A stretch of DNA of 21,001 nt from Coniocarpon cinnabarinum (lineage: Eukaryota). Made by a program: the position numbers and the translations under genes. The stretch covers positions 62,001 to 83,001 of the forward strand of contig JAVECO010000103.1 in the NCBI GenBank assembly GCA_051942205.1, read 5' to 3'. Numbering within the stretch: the stretch's first letter is position 1; every line of letters begins with the position of its first letter. Of this stretch, positions 19,817-21,001 are shown one piece after another. Under the pieces are notes generated by a model that was not told the origin of the DNA, ran no database searches, and saw only the letters and a list, made by a program, of their open reading frames with translations.

Positions 19817-20639
19817 GAAGCTCGAGCATCAACGGTCTCTCGACACTGAGGAGTGAGGACAGTGAGGAGATAGCGAAAGAGACAATCGAGGTCTCTGAGA
19901 TATACCTTCTCAGCACATAGCTACTGAACTGAGTGGCATACGCGTCTTCCAAGTTTCTTTGTTTCCCTGACAAGGCCTGTTCATCAAATGGTCCTGCGAT
20001 CACATACAAGTCTCACGAGAAAAGGTAGAGAACATGGCAGTCGCTTGAAAAATGCCCCAAGTACAAGGGTGCACTAGTGTTATTCCATTGCAGGACTGCG
20101 CGAAGCTCAACGTAGCTGGTAGAGACCCCGGATCCACGCGCCATTGCAATTGCTAGGATGAGCAAAGCGCAAAATCGCACTAGCAGAGTACTGACCCGCT
20201 GTCCGCCTTCACATTGAATCCTCGGCGGGGAGCATTGCCCGCATAACATCAGCCCACGCGTCGCACGACAGCGAGCCCTCCGCAGCGTCCGCGTGAAGCT
20301 CGTAGAACATAGCAGAAATCATCGGGATGTAATGTAGAGTCTCGAATTCGAAGAGTTGACATCGCCAGAGTATGTGAAATAGGGGCAAAGAAGGTTTCAA
20401 CGATGTGTGCGCGGAGTGGAGGGCAAGCAATGCAGCCAATCATGAGCCTCGTCGGCGTCGCGCACGGCCGAAACGGCAACTTGTGAGAAGCCAATTCTTG
20501 AGACTCCCTGTCACTCGACTTCATGTCTTGACACAGGCGCGCACGAATAAGCGTCGCATTACTTGTAAGATCTTGCTCATCATGAATTGCATTGCAATGA
20601 CATGGTCACGATGGCAACATTCAGGTCAAGCTATTTTGA

Positions 20640-20895
20640 CATTGGAAGAGAGCAAGAAGCAGTATGATGATTATGCAAGACAAGCAAGTGGAGTAGATGA
20701 CATGTCATTGATGGTAGCAAGCTATGTTGATGACGAAGCAAGCAAGCTATGTGATTGATGATCAGACCTTTGACAGTGCCGATGACGTTGATGGTTGATG
20801 GTTGATGATCAGTGACAGTGACAGTGACTTGTGATGAGAGCCATGCCAATGACGTTGATGACTGATGACTGACAACAGCGATGACAAATGATGGC
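20640..20895. repeat. Low-complexity degenerate (TGA/GAT)n, GCAA and CAGTGA repeats
   Basis: Recurring TGATGA, GCAAGCAAGC, GTTGATG and CAGTGACAGTGACAGTGA units. No convincing ORF. Confidence 0.6.
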
Positions 20896-21001
20896 AACCA
20901 TGCCGAAAACCATTGAGCCTCCAAACCCCTAAACCCAACCTGCGAGACCCCCAAACACATCATGATAGTCCCTAAGTCCTCCCCCCAAGGTCCCCCCAGA
21001 G

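Noticed and set aside
20013..20524. Overlapping short minus-strand ORFs that look partly protein-like
   Set aside because: No consistent gene model or recognisable domain could be supported.
20920..20980. Telomere repeat
   Set aside because: Only isolated CCCTAA hexamers, not a tandem array.

Overview
Fungal (Pezizomycotina-like) nuclear DNA, judged from short GT-AG introns with CTRAC-type branch points and fungal-type proteins. The left ~12 kb holds conserved genes: a Gemin2/Brr1 (SIP1)-family snRNP assembly factor, a 4-exon type II membrane SGNH-like (GDS...DxxH) protein, a short-chain dehydrogenase, phosphoserine phosphatase (SER2) and cytosolic aspartyl-tRNA synthetase (DPS1-like). Between SER2 and DPS1 lies a free-standing, apparently intron-split His-Cys box (I-PpoI-type) homing-endonuclease-like gene with all catalytic and Zn ligands recognisable. 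The right ~8 kb is an accessory region: a same-strand tandem array of six small, divergent F-box-like genes. One is broken by two in-frame stops and three share a duplicated upstream element. The Gemin2-like intron appears to hide a 24-nt stop-containing cassette exon. All family assignments come from motif recognition by eye; no database searches were run.
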